The translations under genes and the position numbers were made by a program. Shown here one piece after another: positions 38,835 through 51,964 of a stretch of 64,000 bases of DNA (positions within the stretch are counted from its first letter, which is position 1; the number at the start of each line of letters is the position of its first letter). The DNA is from Octopus sinensis (Eukaryota), in assembly GCF_006345805.1 (NCBI RefSeq), contig NC_042997.1, forward strand, positions 26,226,001 to 26,290,000. Reading direction: 5' to 3'. A model generated the notes under the pieces. It was not told where the DNA came from. It made no database searches and worked only from the letters and a program-made list of their open reading frames with translations.

Positions 38835-41800
38835 TCACTTTTTGAGTCGTGAGCTTCTCAACCATTGCTGGGATTTTTCTTTGTCTATTTCTTTTGCGTT
38901 TAGTTTAGTCCAGTATTTACCATGAAGGGGCTTTTCTTGCCATCGTTTTATCATGGTTCGTTGCTGTTCTATTTTTAGTTTGGATTTCATTTGTTTTATA
39001 GCTTTTGTTGTTTCTTCATCTTCTTCTTCTTGTTCTTCATATTTATTAAGTGGTACGATTTCTTGTTTGTATTTGTCAGCTTCCTTAAATACTGAGAACA
39101 GTTTTTTTGTTTTGCTCGTGTTTTGACGCTATTTGTATCAGTTTTCCTTCCTTCTGAAGTAGATATTTTTGCAGTCCTATGGTGGTTATTTTATAGTAGT
39201 TTTCCAGCTGTATAAGGCCTCTACCACCTTCTATACGTTGTATATATAGTCTTTCTATGTCAGATTTTGGGTGATGCATCCTAGATCCTGTCATTATTTT
39301 TCTTGTTTTCCTATCTATTTTGGTCAGTTCATTTAGTGTCCAGTTAAGGATATTGTAGCTGTAACTTATAACTGGGACAGCTAAAGTATTAATACCTATT
39401 ATCTTGTTTTTAGCATTGAGCTCTGTTTTTAGTATTGATCTAACTCGTCTATAATATTCTTTTTTTATTTTCTCTTTCATTTGTGTGTGTTGTGTCTTAT
39501 CTAGTTCATGGATTCCTAAGTATTTGTAAGTTTGGCTTTGGTCTAATTCTTTTATTTCATTGGTTTTATCTAGTGTGATGTTGCTACTCTTAACTAGTTT
39601 TCCTCTTTTCATGGTTACTTTGGCGCATTTTTCTAATCCAAATTTCATATCTATTTCTTTGGTAAATCCATGAACTGTCTTTAATAGTGTTTCCAGCTGT
39701 TTGTCATTTGCAGCATATAGTTTTAGGTCATCCATATATAAAAGGTGGCTGATCGTTTTGCCGTAACATTTATATCCGCATCCAGTTCTATTTAGCATAT
39801 CAGATAGAGGTGACAGTGCCAAGCAGAAAAGGAGTGGAGAGAACGTGTCTCCCTGGAATATTACTCTTCTAATGGGGATGGCTTTGGTTTTCATGAGTCC
39901 CTCTTTTGTTTGGAGCTGTAGCACTGTTTGCCATTTATTCATAGAGTGCCCTATGAATTTTATAATTGTTGGTGCTACTTTGTTAATGGCTAGTGTTTCG
40001 AGGATCCATGTGTGGGGGATGCTATCATACGCCTTTTTGTAGTAGATCCAGGCCATACTGAGGCCTTTCTTCTTTCTGTGGCTGCCTTCAGTTGTGGCTT
40101 TATTAATCATTAGTTGATCTTTACCGCCATATGAGCCTTTGCGGCATCCTTTCTGCTCTTCTGGAAACAGGTTGTTTTCATCCAGGTGCTTGTTCAACCT
40201 TTGCGATATCACTGCAGTAAATGCTTTGTACATTGTAGGGAGACAGGTTATTGGTCTGTAGTTTTCTGGTTTTGCTGTCTCATTTGATTTGGGAATTAAG
40301 ATGGTTTTCCCTTTCGTGAGCCATTCAGGCATTGTCTCTAGCTCTGCTAGTATGTTGTTAAAGTTTTCAGCCAGCTTTTTGTACATTCCTGTTAGATATT
40401 TCAACCAGAATTTAGGGATCTTGTCATGCCCAGGTGCCTTCCAGTTGCTTAGTCTTTGCAGTGCCTGGGTGACCTCTTCAGTTGTTATGGGGGTCCGAAT
40501 TTGCTCAGATGCTGAGTTTGTTGTTTTAATACTCCTTATTTTTGGTTGTTCTTTCGACGACCATATTTCTCTCCAGAATTCTTCCACTCCTTCTGCCGTT
40601 GGTGCTGCAGTGATTTCTATTTCATTTTTGCCAAGTTCTTGGTAGAACTTTTTGGGGTTGGAGTTGAACTGTTTGTTTTGTTGAAAGAAGCGCTGGCGTT
40701 TCTCGTACCGGCGTATCCTTTGTGCTTTGGCAAGGATATCTTGCTTCAGCTTTTCTTTTATCTCAGGTAAATCTTTTTCTGTGATGTTATATTTGCGGAG
40801 TATTTTTGTTTTCTTTTTGTTGATCAGTAGCGTTGAATGTCTACTGATTTCATTAAGAATCGACAGATCTTTTCTCATTTTTTGTATTTTGTTTTGGATG
40901 TTATTTATCCACAGGATTTGTTTGGGTGGTGGTACTCCTGTTTGGATGGGTTTGAGTGAGTATCCAGCTTCTTTTGTGGCTGCAGTGGCTGCTGCGTATA
41001 CTATGTCATTTAGCTCAGTGATATTGCTTTTTGTTTCAGTGGCTATTAGTTCCGTGACGGCTAGGTTTATGCTGTTTATAATTGGTGTTGTTGTTTCGTC
41101 TATTTTGAATTTTGGGAGGTATGGTCGGTGGTCCATTTTGAGCTCTGTGGTTTTCAGTTCTTTAATTATTTTACTTTTTATATTATCATAATCATTAGGC
41201 TCCCCTTCGTTGTTTCCAGGTTTTAGATTTGTGTCGCTTTCTTTATTATTTATATGTTTGTTTGCCGTGTTTTGGCTTGCTGTTTGTCGTGTATTATTAT
41301 GCATCCTTACGGTCTGGGTTTGTTGTTTTTTGTTTACATCGTGTTTGTTGGGAATGTTACGTTTGTCTTCGTGTTTTACTGTTTCAGTGTTTATATTATT
41401 GGGCATTGTTGTGTGGCTTCTATCTACATTTTCCTGGTGTATTTTTTCTTTTAGATGTTCTATTTCTATTTCTGATATTTTTTTGCGTTGAGAATGTATC
41501 TTCGTACGTTAGCTAGTTTATTAGGGTTCATTGCTGTATCTAAGTCTATATTTATGTTATTTTCCTTCCATATTTTATATGTATGTGTTGTTGTGTTTTC
41601 ATTTTTTGGGTAGAGCACTGCTGTGAAGTATGCGTGTAGGATAGAAATGTATTCCTCACGTGTCCATTTATGTCTTTTGGGTTTTATTTGCGGGACATGA
41701 GGAACAACGTCCGGCCCATTATTTTGACGGTCGTCATTTTCGTAGGTTACCGGTCCGTTCATTTCTGTTGTCACATTGTTTTGCACGTGTAGTTTTTCGT

Positions 41801-42163
41801 ACATTTTGTGTTGTAAGTTTAAAGTATGTACCTCCCGATTGTTATTCTTGGGTTGAATAATATCGGTGGTATTTAATTTCTTCGTAGTTCCTTTGTACAT
41901 GGTGTTTGGGGTCGGGAATGATCTGGTGTTGATGGATCGTAATGTATCACGCATGTTTACATGTGTTGCGTTAGAGGTGGAGATGATATCGAGTTAAAAT
42001 ACATCATTTCGTTTCGAAAATAGTAATAAATTTCAATGAGTATTACTTACTCGGATGCAGTCCAATCTTTTGTTAATAAAATCTTTGGCTCCATACGATG
42101 TCCTTGTTTTCGATGTTTGTGGATAAATTTCAGAGCTCTGTTTTTATAGATTTCGGAGCTCTG

Positions 42164-42165
<2 letters not shown>
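38835..42165 (-). mobile_element. R4/Dong-clade non-LTR retrotransposon, 5'-intact, 3'-truncated, inactive
   Basis: N-terminal KWTREEY..ILHAYF; RT motifs YRPITCLPT, EQKG, YKKAYD (motif-A Asp replaced by Tyr), IFQGDTFSP, LYMDD, KFGLEKC. Sequence breaks after WLRSSRLK, so the REL domain is missing. Two frameshifts; 5' end abuts (TAA)n. Confidence 0.85.
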
Positions 42166-42244
<79 letters not shown>

Positions 42245-42270
42245 TATTATCATTATTATCATTATTATTG

Positions 42271-42826
42271 AGTGAGAGAGCAGTGCATGCCATCAAAGTG
42301 ACACTGGGGTAAAATATACGAAGCCCGGTATACATATCTATCATGACTACCCGTCTGATAAGGGTACACCAGGCACATGCATCATAACCATATGTGCATG
42401 ACATCGTGATCTCATATCAAGATAAACAGCGCATGACCTTGCAGGTGGAGCCCAGTTAGAATTTTCTTCTGGTCGAGTAACCCATCCCACTCAAAAGGTC
42501 CCTGAATAAAGGTTGTTTAAAGATGTTGAACGAAACACCCATGTTTTCAAAAGTGAATTATTCAAACCCCAAAGAATCCCCCTCAACACGTAGCTATGAT
42601 GCTCTCCCACTACTTCTGCACATGATCAGAGATGCACTTATCGTCAGCCACTAAGGGACATGCTCAACTGTTTAAGGTCAAACAACTGACAAGCAAATCT
42701 GTGGTATTGAGCAGAATATTTGTTGTAGCCCATCTTTTATACCAAGACAAAACAATGTACATGATAACACTTCCAATCAGTTAAGATCAGAAGCCATGAG
42801 AGCCACTGCCTGGTACTGCATCAGGG
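42271..42826. mobile_element. About 555-bp non-coding repeat-like insertion within a (TTA)n microsatellite
   Basis: Non-microsatellite block flanked on both sides by long (TTA)n tracts. Confidence 0.55.
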
Positions 42827-42827
42827 C

Positions 42828-42872
<45 letters not shown>

Positions 42873-43567
42873 AGTTTTGCATTGGCTGTTACTCTGTGCT
42901 TGTGGTTATTGGTCTGAATTTTTCTCTCTTTTTTGAACTGACTTCTATTACGAACAAGCCTGGCGCTCTTTTCATTCTGATGGTAAGTTCCTAGAGTTTT
43001 ACGTTATTGTGGGTAATTTATAAGTCGTAAAATTTCGAATAAATATCGGAAATCTTAATCAAACACATATTTAATGGTGTCGAGTGATTAATCCGTTCTA
43101 GTATATTACAAGAACTTCATTTATTGAAATTTGGATCGATGAAAATCCAATTAAATCCTGGCAAGATATTAGTGTAGTTATTTTAAATGTGAAACTTATT
43201 ACTAAACGGCATCAAACCCCATGCAATTCCGGCGGCGTCAATGAAGTCACCTTATCTTGTGCTTAAATAACGCAAAATAGGATTTCTATAAAATTTTTCT
43301 TTGATGCCTCTGATGTTTTTTGGTGTAACTTGCGTGTTGTGATGTTCATTGATTATCTCAAAGATATTGATTATATAAGAAAACTAAAGCGGCAGACACA
43401 TATACTGTTGTACAGTAAAAAAGTTTTCCTCGCACTGGAGCTATTTTGAGTTCGATCACACAGTGTGACAGCCAAGCAAGTGTATTCCTTCATAGCTTTG
43501 GATTGATCAATATTTTGTGAATTAAATTTGATAAACGGGATCAGTGCAGAAGTATTTCGTTTGTATA

Positions 43568-43982
43568 AGGCGGCGAGCTGGCAGAAACGTTAGCACGCTG
43601 GGCGAAATGCTTGGCGGTATTTTGTCTGCCGTTACGTTATGAGTTCAAATTCCGCCGAGGTCGACTTTGCCGTTCATCCTTTCGGGGTCGATAAATTAAG
43701 TACCAGTTACGCACTGGGGTCGATGTAATCGACTTAATACCTATGTCTGTCCTTGTTTGTCCCCTCTGTGTTTAGCCCCTTGTAGGTAATAAAGAAATAG
43801 GTATTCCGTCTGTCGCTACGTGCTGAGTTCAAATTCCGCCGATGTCGACTTTGCCTTTCATCCTTTCGGGGTCGATAAATTAAGTACCAGTTACGCACTG
43901 GGGTCGATATAATCGACTTAATCCGTTTGTCTGTCCTTGTTTGTCTCCTCTGCGTATAGCCCCTTGTGGGGCAATAAAGAAG
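43568..43982 (+). mobile_element. SINE family D, partial tandem dimer
   Basis: ggcggcgagctggcagaaacgttagc head; gtcgactttgcctttcatcctttcggggtcgataaa body present twice. Confidence 0.8.
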
Positions 43983-44305
43983 TTTTTCATTTGTAACTGA
44001 GGATATACGTTACCAGTGTGCTCAAACAGGCATGGCTATGTTCGTAAGAAGTTCGTTTTGCAACTACATTGTTCCGAGTTCATTTCCCATTCACGGCATC
44101 TTTGGCTAGTGTATGGTACTATAGCCCCAAGCCGATCAGTTCCTTGCGAGCGATTTTAGATGATGGAAACTGTGGAGAAGCTGTCGTGTGTGTATGTGTG
44201 TGTGTGTGTATTTGTGTTTGCCATCCCACTACTTGACAACAGATGTCGGTTTGTTTATGTCCCCGTAACTGAGCGCTTTTGCAAAAGACAACGGTAGATT
44301 CAGTA

Positions 44306-44863
44306 TTGAGTTGTCCGGAATGTTCGTACCGATTTTTAAAGGAAACAAAAAATACTTGCCATTGCATTTTTAATCAACCAAATATGAACCATTTCGTTGC
44401 ACAATGCGTCTCCATCTTTCCTTTAACTTGAAAATACCCTCTTCCCAGAATTGAGGTGGTTTCATAGCAAAGAATTCATCAAGGTATCTTTTTATGTCAT
44501 CCAAGGGATTAAAATTTTTACCATTAAGACTATTCTGCAGAGACCTGAATAAGTGGAAATCCGAAGGAACAATATCTGGGGAATAGGGAGGGTGGGGGTA
44601 ACACATCCCAGCCGAGCTGCAGCAATTTTTGTCTGGTTCCCAAAGCATCAAGTGCCGAAAATGAACTTTCTTATCTTCCATTTTAAAGGGTTACAGAATT
44701 AACACAGGTTATAGGAACATAAACCTTCGTCCACGAAAAGTTAGCTTAAATTGTGCTCTAAATGGAGGTGTAGTCAAATCCTATTTTATGGACTCGACCA
44801 TGTTCTAAAATAAGTCGAAAGGTAAGCTACTATAAATCGGCACGAATTTCCCGGAGAACCCAA
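44306..44863 (-). mobile_element. Internally deleted mariner (non-autonomous), copy 1
   Basis: About 30-bp TIRs with TA flanks; N-terminal MEDKKVHFRHLMLW fused to C-terminal PHPPYSPDIVPSDFHLF...WEEGIFKLKERW. Confidence 0.9.
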
Positions 44864-45477
44864 TACATAACTTTTAAAACAAGAACTGGAGTTGAGTTTT
44901 TCGACGAAACCTTTCATGACCACCGTCTAATGACTAAAATAATTAAAAGATAAAACATGTCTCATGATATTTATTCCACCTGAACAGCACAGACACTGCT
45001 TTGTCACCGCGCAGACAACCTGAGCTTGGACTGTTGAACCCTACAGTTAACAACACTCCTAATAACATATAATAGAATATTAAAAATTAGCACTCCGTTG
45101 GTTACGGCGACGTGGGTTCCATTTGATGCGAACTACGGAACAGCCTGCTCGCGAAATTAACGTACAAGTGGTTGAGCACTCTACAGACACGCGCACCCTT
45201 AATGCAGTTATCAGGGAGATTCAGTGTGGTACAGAATGTGAGAAGGGTGGATCTTTGATATACAGGTACCACTCACTTTTGCCATCTGAGAGGACTGGAC
45301 CAGCTAGAAATAGAATGTTATGCTCAAAGGTACAACGCGCCGCCTGAAATCGATCTCGCGAACTTACGACCGTAAGCCAAATAGAGAAACCACTAAGCTA
45401 CGCACCTCTACATGCTATAATATATGAAACACAAATAAAATGAAGTAGTTATAGGGTAGTGGGTCTTCCAGTTGATT

Positions 45478-45914
45478 GAAGAAGCAAATTATGTTTCTTA
45501 TTCCTTTACTGCCCACAAGGGGCTACACACAGAGGGGACAAACAAGGACAGACAAGCGGATTAAGTCGAATATATCGGCCCCAGTGCGTAACTGGTACTT
45601 ATTTAATCAACCCCGAAAGGATGAAAGGCAAAGTCGACCACGGCGGAATTTGAACTCAGAACGTAACGGCAGACGAAATACCTATTTCTTTATTACCCAC
45701 AAGGGGCTAAACACAGAGGGGGCAAACAAGGACAGACAAAGGGATTAAGTCGATTACATCGACCCCAGTGCGTAACTGGTACTTAATTTATCGACCCCGA
45801 AAGGATGAAAGGCAAAGTCGACCTCGGCAGAAATTGAACTCAGAACGTAACGGCAGACGAAATACCGCTAAGCGTTTTGCCCGGTGTGCTAACGTTTCTG
45901 CCAGCTCGCCGCCT
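45478..45914 (-). mobile_element. SINE family D, partial tandem dimer
   Basis: Reverse complement of the 43568 arrangement. Confidence 0.8.
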
Positions 45915-46377
45915 TCCTATGTTTCTATTGACTTCTCGAATTGCTAGTACATTTTGTAGGTTGTAACTCTTAACAGAATTGCTAACATTTTTGGTGCCGG
46001 AATTGCATTTGGAATCGGAGTAGATTGATCTGGAACAGATACTGCCAGATTTCTTATCACAGGCTCTAATAATTCTGCCAATCCACCATTTTGATCTTAT
46101 CGACCATCTAAGATTGAAAGACGAAGTTGACCTCCTAATGTCTAGATATTAATTATCAAATACGTGGTGTGACGTTCATGGCGTAACAGCATGTAATGAA
46201 AACATGCAAGATGATCAGTGAGCTCTGCCCTGAGTTGGACATCTCCAGTTGATCTGAACACTCCTCCAGACAATTAGTGACACAGTGCATCGGAGAAAAG
46301 GGCTTGCAGCATTTACTTACGGATTTTTATATTCTGAGTTCGAATACCACCAACCATGTCTTTTATTTGTTAGAGTT

Positions 46378-46760
46378 GAGGCGCAATGGCCCAGTGATTA
46401 GGGCAGCGGACTCGCGGTCATAGGATCGCGGTTTCGATTCCCAGACCGGGCGTTGTGAGTGTTTATTGAGCGAAAACACCTAAAAGCTCCACGAGGCTCC
46501 GGCAGGGGATGGTGGTGATCCCTGCTGTACTCTTTCACCACAACTTTCTCTCACTCTTACTTCCTGTTTCTGTTGTAAATGTATTTCAAGGGGCCGGCCT
46601 TGTCACTCTCTGTGTCACGCTGAATATCCCCGAGAACTACGTTAAGGGTGCACGTGTCTGTGGAGTGCTCAGCCACTTACACGTTAGTTTCACGAGCAGG
46701 CTGTTCCGTTGATTCGGATCAACCGGAACCCTCATCGTCGTAACCGACGGAGTGCTTCCA
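46378..46760 (+). mobile_element. SINE family A (tail 1)
   Basis: Full-length homolog of 30708. Confidence 0.85.
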
Positions 46761-47105
46761 ATGCCAAAGCACAACCACCTTTGAAGCATTTAGTCAAATA
46801 AATCAACCTTTAGTATTTATTTTTAAAATCTGGTCCTTATTCTCTCGGTATTTTTGCTAAATGGGTAAGTTACGGGGTTGTAAACAAACCTATCAGTTGT
46901 AAACCTGCAGCGCGATAAACACACTCACGCATACAGCACAAAAATATATACACACTTAGACACGCACGCACTTATATAGACACACACACGCTCGCGCACA
47001 CTAGACCATTTCGCCAATAATAGTAAGCAGTGCGTGTTTATTATTATTGACAATATCCCGAGAGACAATACTATACATATGTATGTATACATATATAAAT
47101 ATATC

Positions 47106-47180
<75 letters not shown>

Positions 47181-47311
47181 TAATATATATATATATATTA
47201 TATATATATATTATATATAATATATATAATTCGAGACAAAACCACTATTTTAAAACCAAACAAGGAAAGACTTAATCAATACATAAAATTTAATATAAAT
47301 TAAATAAACCG

Positions 47312-47355
47312 CCACTACAAATTTTTCATGTCTGCTACCGACAATCTTCAGGTGG
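47312..47355 (-). ncRNA. Degenerate minimal hammerhead inside an inverted-repeat-bounded mini-element
   Basis: CCAC CTGAAGA tTGTC-ggtagca-GACAt GAAA AATTT GTA GTGG; stem III has an A-G mismatch. Confidence 0.5.
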
Positions 47356-47828
47356 ATTTTCGATCTTCTAATCAGTATCAAATTTTAAAATAGTGGTTTT
47401 GTCTCGAATTATATTATATAATATTTTACTATAAAATTGGATTTAACCCTAAATCTGATTTTTCCCTGTAATTTTGATTCATTCCTAATATTTATTATAT
47501 ATATATATAATATATATATATATAATATTAATATATATATATATATATAATAATAATAAATAAATAAAACATATGCATAATACATACATATATGTACGTA
47601 CCTACCTCTACATGTATATATACATGCATATATGGGTACAGGACAACCAAAAAAAACGTCGAACACAATGAGAAACGAAAACATAAACACAAACCCAAGA
47701 AATGGACATTTTTCTTAAACACGAAAAATAGAGTACAGGACAACAAACAAACAAGGAAAATTCCCCTTCTTCAGTCGCCTTTGTTTCATCTAATCCATGT
47801 TTCGAAGGTCATACATATATATATATAT

Positions 47829-47928
<100 letters not shown>

Positions 47929-47940
47929 ATATATGTATAT

Positions 47941-47993
<53 letters not shown>

Positions 47994-48174
47994 CAGGGTT
48001 ATCCCTTCGATAACACTGGTAACGTGGAGAGGGAGGCTGGTATGCATGGCCGACTGCTGGCCTTCCATAAACAACCTTGCCCGGACTTGTGCTTGGAAGG
48101 TAACTTTCTAGGTGCAATCCCATGGTTCAGTCATGACCGATGGGGGTCTCAATACAATACGTATGTATGTATGA

Positions 48175-48211
<37 letters not shown>

Positions 48212-48819
48212 CTAAACATTCAAACACTGAGATTTGAAATTAGATGCCATTACTGTTCATATCATCTGTGGATAAATTCTAAAATTGATGCTATCACCAG
48301 CAGTGACATACGTGGATCACAGGCGCAATAGCATTATTTAGCTATGAAATATAAATTTGCACGAAGAGTAAGGAAGCTTAGCAAGCATTCACCTGCTAGA
48401 AATAACAGCTAACATAGAAAAACAGTATGCGAGGAAAACAGAAAGGATTAAATCATTGAACAGCACAAATAAAAATATTATGCAATTAGGGATATCCAAA
48501 AACCAGGTATCGGCTTCTGGTTATTAAATATATATGTGTGTGTGCGTGTGTGTTTGTGTGTGTGTGTGTGCACGCAAGGGGGGTGGGGAGGTTCGTTATG
48601 GCTTTTGATATCTTTCAATATGTTTACATATATCAAGTTCAAATGATGAAACACAAAATATAAAATAAGCAATTTTAGTCCAAGAAACGCTTAAGGGAAA
48701 TAACTTTTCAGTGATACTAAAGAGTTACTTCCCTTGGAATGATGATTTTTTTCGTGATGTGTAATTTTTTGTAGCTGTTTCATGTGCATTTATTTTAATT
48801 TACCTAACCATCGCGTGAC

Positions 48820-48854
48820 TACAGTAACAGTAGTAGTGGTGGTAGTAGTAGTAC

Positions 48855-48886
<32 letters not shown>

Positions 48887-49310
48887 ACAGCAGTAGTAGT
48901 AGTAGTAGTAGTAATAACAGTAGTAGTAGTAGTAGTAGTAGTAGTCATAGTAGTAGTAGTAGTAGTAGTAGTAACAGCAGTAGTAGTAGTAGTAGTAGTA
49001 ACAGCAGTAGTAGTAGTAGTAGTAGTAATAACAGTAGTAGTAGTAGTAGTAGTAGTCATAGTAGTAGTAGTAGTAGTAGTAGTAACAGCAGTAGTAGTAG
49101 TAGTAGTAGTAATAACAGTAGTAGTAGTAGTAGTAGTAGTCATAGTAGTAGTAGTAGTAGTAGTAGTAACAGCAGTATAGTAGTAGTAGTAGTAATAACA
49201 GTAGTAGTAGTAGTAGTAGTAGTCATAGTAGTAGTAGTGGCAGCAGCAGTAGCAGCATTAGTAACAGTAGTAGAAGTAGTAGTAGTAGTAGTAGTAGTTG
49301 TTGTAGTAAC

Positions 49311-49343
<33 letters not shown>

Positions 49344-49355
49344 TGTTGTAGTAAC

Positions 49356-49388
<33 letters not shown>

Positions 49389-49389
49389 T

Positions 49390-49427
<38 letters not shown>

Positions 49428-49450
49428 TGTAGTAGTAGTAGTAGTAGTTG
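48820..49450. repeat. Compound (AGT)n microsatellite with higher-order periodicity
   Basis: AGT runs punctuated by a recurring cycle of AACAGC, AATAAC and GTCAT. Confidence 0.9.
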
Positions 49451-49474
49451 CTGCTACTTCCGTTATTGTTATTT

Positions 49475-49727
49475 GAACTCAGAAAGTAGCGACAGACGAA
49501 ATACCAATTTCTTTATTACCCACAAGGGGCTAAACACAGAGGGGACAAACAAGGACAGGCAAAAGGATTAAGTCGATTACTGCGTAACTGGTACTTAATT
49601 TATCGACCCCCGAAAGGATGAAAGGCAAAGTCGACCTCGGCGGAATTTGAACTCAGAACATAACGGCAGACGAAATACCGCTAAGCATTTCGCCCGGCGT
49701 GCTAACGATTCTGCCAGCTCGCCGCCT
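49475..49727 (-). mobile_element. SINE family D
   Basis: Same head and body as 43568. Confidence 0.75.
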
Positions 49728-50079
49728 TACTTTTGGTGATAATACTGCAATCGACCATACATATTCCTCTCCTGGTCTTCTTGGCGTGAATTCTACCGCA
49801 ATATCCGTAGTCTACGTTGAGAAATGACCTGATCTGGGTTGGGATTAGGGTTATGCTTAGAGCTACAGTTTAGGTTCGGTCTTGGATTTAAGGTTAGGAT
49901 TAGGGTTCATGGTCTATCGTTAAAGTTAGTGTTAGTGTTATGGTTAGATTCAGACTGTACACAAAAGTGTAAATGGCCAAGTAGACCACAAGCTAAGGTG
50001 ACACCAATAACATTTTCCCTGACTTTCCCAAAATGATACACGTCACTCGAAGCCAGAGCAGATTATATAGGTTATTTTA

Positions 50080-50310
50080 GGCGGCGAGCTGGCAGACACG
50101 TTAGCGCGCCGGGCGGAATGCTTAGCGGTATTTCGTCTGTCGTTACGTTCTGAGTTCAAATTCCGCCGAGGTCGACTTTGCCTTTCATCTTTACGGGGTC
50201 AATAAATAAAAGTACCAGTTTCGCACTGGGGTCGATGTAATCGACTTAATCCGTTTGTCTGTCCCTGTTTGTCCTCTCTATGTTTAGCCCCTTGTGGGCA
50301 ATAAAGAAAT
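50080..50310 (+). mobile_element. SINE family D
   Basis: Same head and body as 43568. Confidence 0.8.
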
Positions 50311-50727
50311 ATATATAGGTTATTTTCTTTCTTATTACATTTTGAAATGTTCGCATTTGCTCAAAAAATTTATATAAATATAATCTGGATGCTGCTCATT
50401 ACAAATACTCGTGGAACGGAATCTTTGCAGGCATCAATAATTGGTTGATAACATTAAACCTAATGACCTAACCTTACTTCAGATTCATTACATTTGATAA
50501 CAATAACCGTTTGATAACCTTCTCAATAAATATATTAAGTAGCTTCTACTGTCGATGGCAACTTAAGGATTTTATCCCAAACTCATTCTAAATATATTGT
50601 CCAGAACATGGAATTCTCTAGTGATCAGACCTCTTGGAAGCCTTATCTGTCATGAGAGTATAAGACAAATTGGTTTTGGCAGAAAGAATGAATTTGTGTA
50701 GATTACACATTTTCTTCAGGTTAAGTT

Positions 50728-50766
<39 letters not shown>

Positions 50767-50790
50767 TTTATTTAAAAGCAGTAGAAATGT

Positions 50791-50843
50791 AACAAAAGCT
50801 GTTACTCGGAGTTTCACGTTCCCGTTCGTCGGACAGTTTTGTT
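50791..50843 (-). ncRNA. Minimal type I hammerhead (CCGACGA core), distinct family
   Basis: AACAAAA-CTGT CCGACGA ACG-GGAA-CGT GAAAC TCCGA GTA ACAG-C-TTTTGTT: 11-bp stem I with one bulge, GNRA-capped stem II. Confidence 0.7.
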
Positions 50844-51464
50844 AAAATAGAACCGAGATAACAATTTGATCAAAACTAGCTAAACGATACACCTTTTTAA
50901 AAAATGGATTTGTTTCATTGGTCTTCTCAAATAACGGTCATAGGCGAGCGATAAACAAACTATACAAACAAAATAAATAAGTTCAATATAAATTATAAAA
51001 ATCGAGGAAAAACCTTAAATCGAAGAGTTGATTCAAATACATATTGTTATTAGTTATGTAGAAAATATAATTCGATTAATACAATTAATACATAAAAATT
51101 GAAATTAAAATATATTAGAATATTTCACAACAGTATATACTCATACTAAACCATCAATATACATGCATACATCAAAATACACAGATAGATGTGCACAGAC
51201 ATACAGACATATAAATGCAAGACGAAAATATACAGACAAATACATGTACACATATGTATACGCAATCTTTCTCGCATGCAAAAATCACTTGGTGTATACA
51301 TATAGACCAGAAGTAAAATGCAGAGAGGGGGAAGAAAAGAAAAGGTAACTATCTTATAAGCAACAGAAAGCTAAAGACGTGAGTAAGAGAAGGGGAGAGG
51401 GGCGTAAAATTACAGGACTCTATACAAGTAACGAATAGGGAGAGAAAAAATAACGAATACATGT

Positions 51465-51468
<4 letters not shown>

Positions 51469-51506
<38 letters not shown>

Positions 51507-51600
51507 GTTTAACGTCCGCTTTCCATGCTAGCATGGGTTGGACGGTTCAACTGGGGTCTGGCAAGCCCGAAGGCTACACCAGGCCAGTCAGATCTGGCAG
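51469..51600 (-). mobile_element. Retroposon 3' end with (GAT)n tail
   Basis: (CAT)n followed by cgtttaacgtccgctttccatgctagcatgggttggacgg. Confidence 0.5.
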
Positions 51601-51964
51601 TATATAAAATAAATTCACTGATCACAAAAAATAGAAATATTAAATTTCTAAATATCTGTAATTATCTCATTTCAATTAGTCTTAATTAGAGACTCCCCCA
51701 CTGGTCTATAAATTATTACTTACACTACACAATATTAGAATATCATTAAATTTTCTAAGTTGTGCTCTTTCATGGCTCTAAGGTTCGTCATAAAATAGTA
51801 ATTAGCTCAGTTTAATTAATCTTAGGTTCAGCTTAAGTAAACTGACTATTTCTTTATAAACAAACCGAATAGCAGCATATCTCTTCTATGTACTTCCAGC
51901 TTTTTGTATCGTATTTCGACAACCTTATCATATCCATTGTTAATATTATTAATATTTAACATAA

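Noticed and set aside
48790-49476. Mucin-like poly-Thr or poly-Val ORFs
   Set aside because: The frame breaks near 49177, there is no splice or context support, and it abuts a SINE; treated as a microsatellite.
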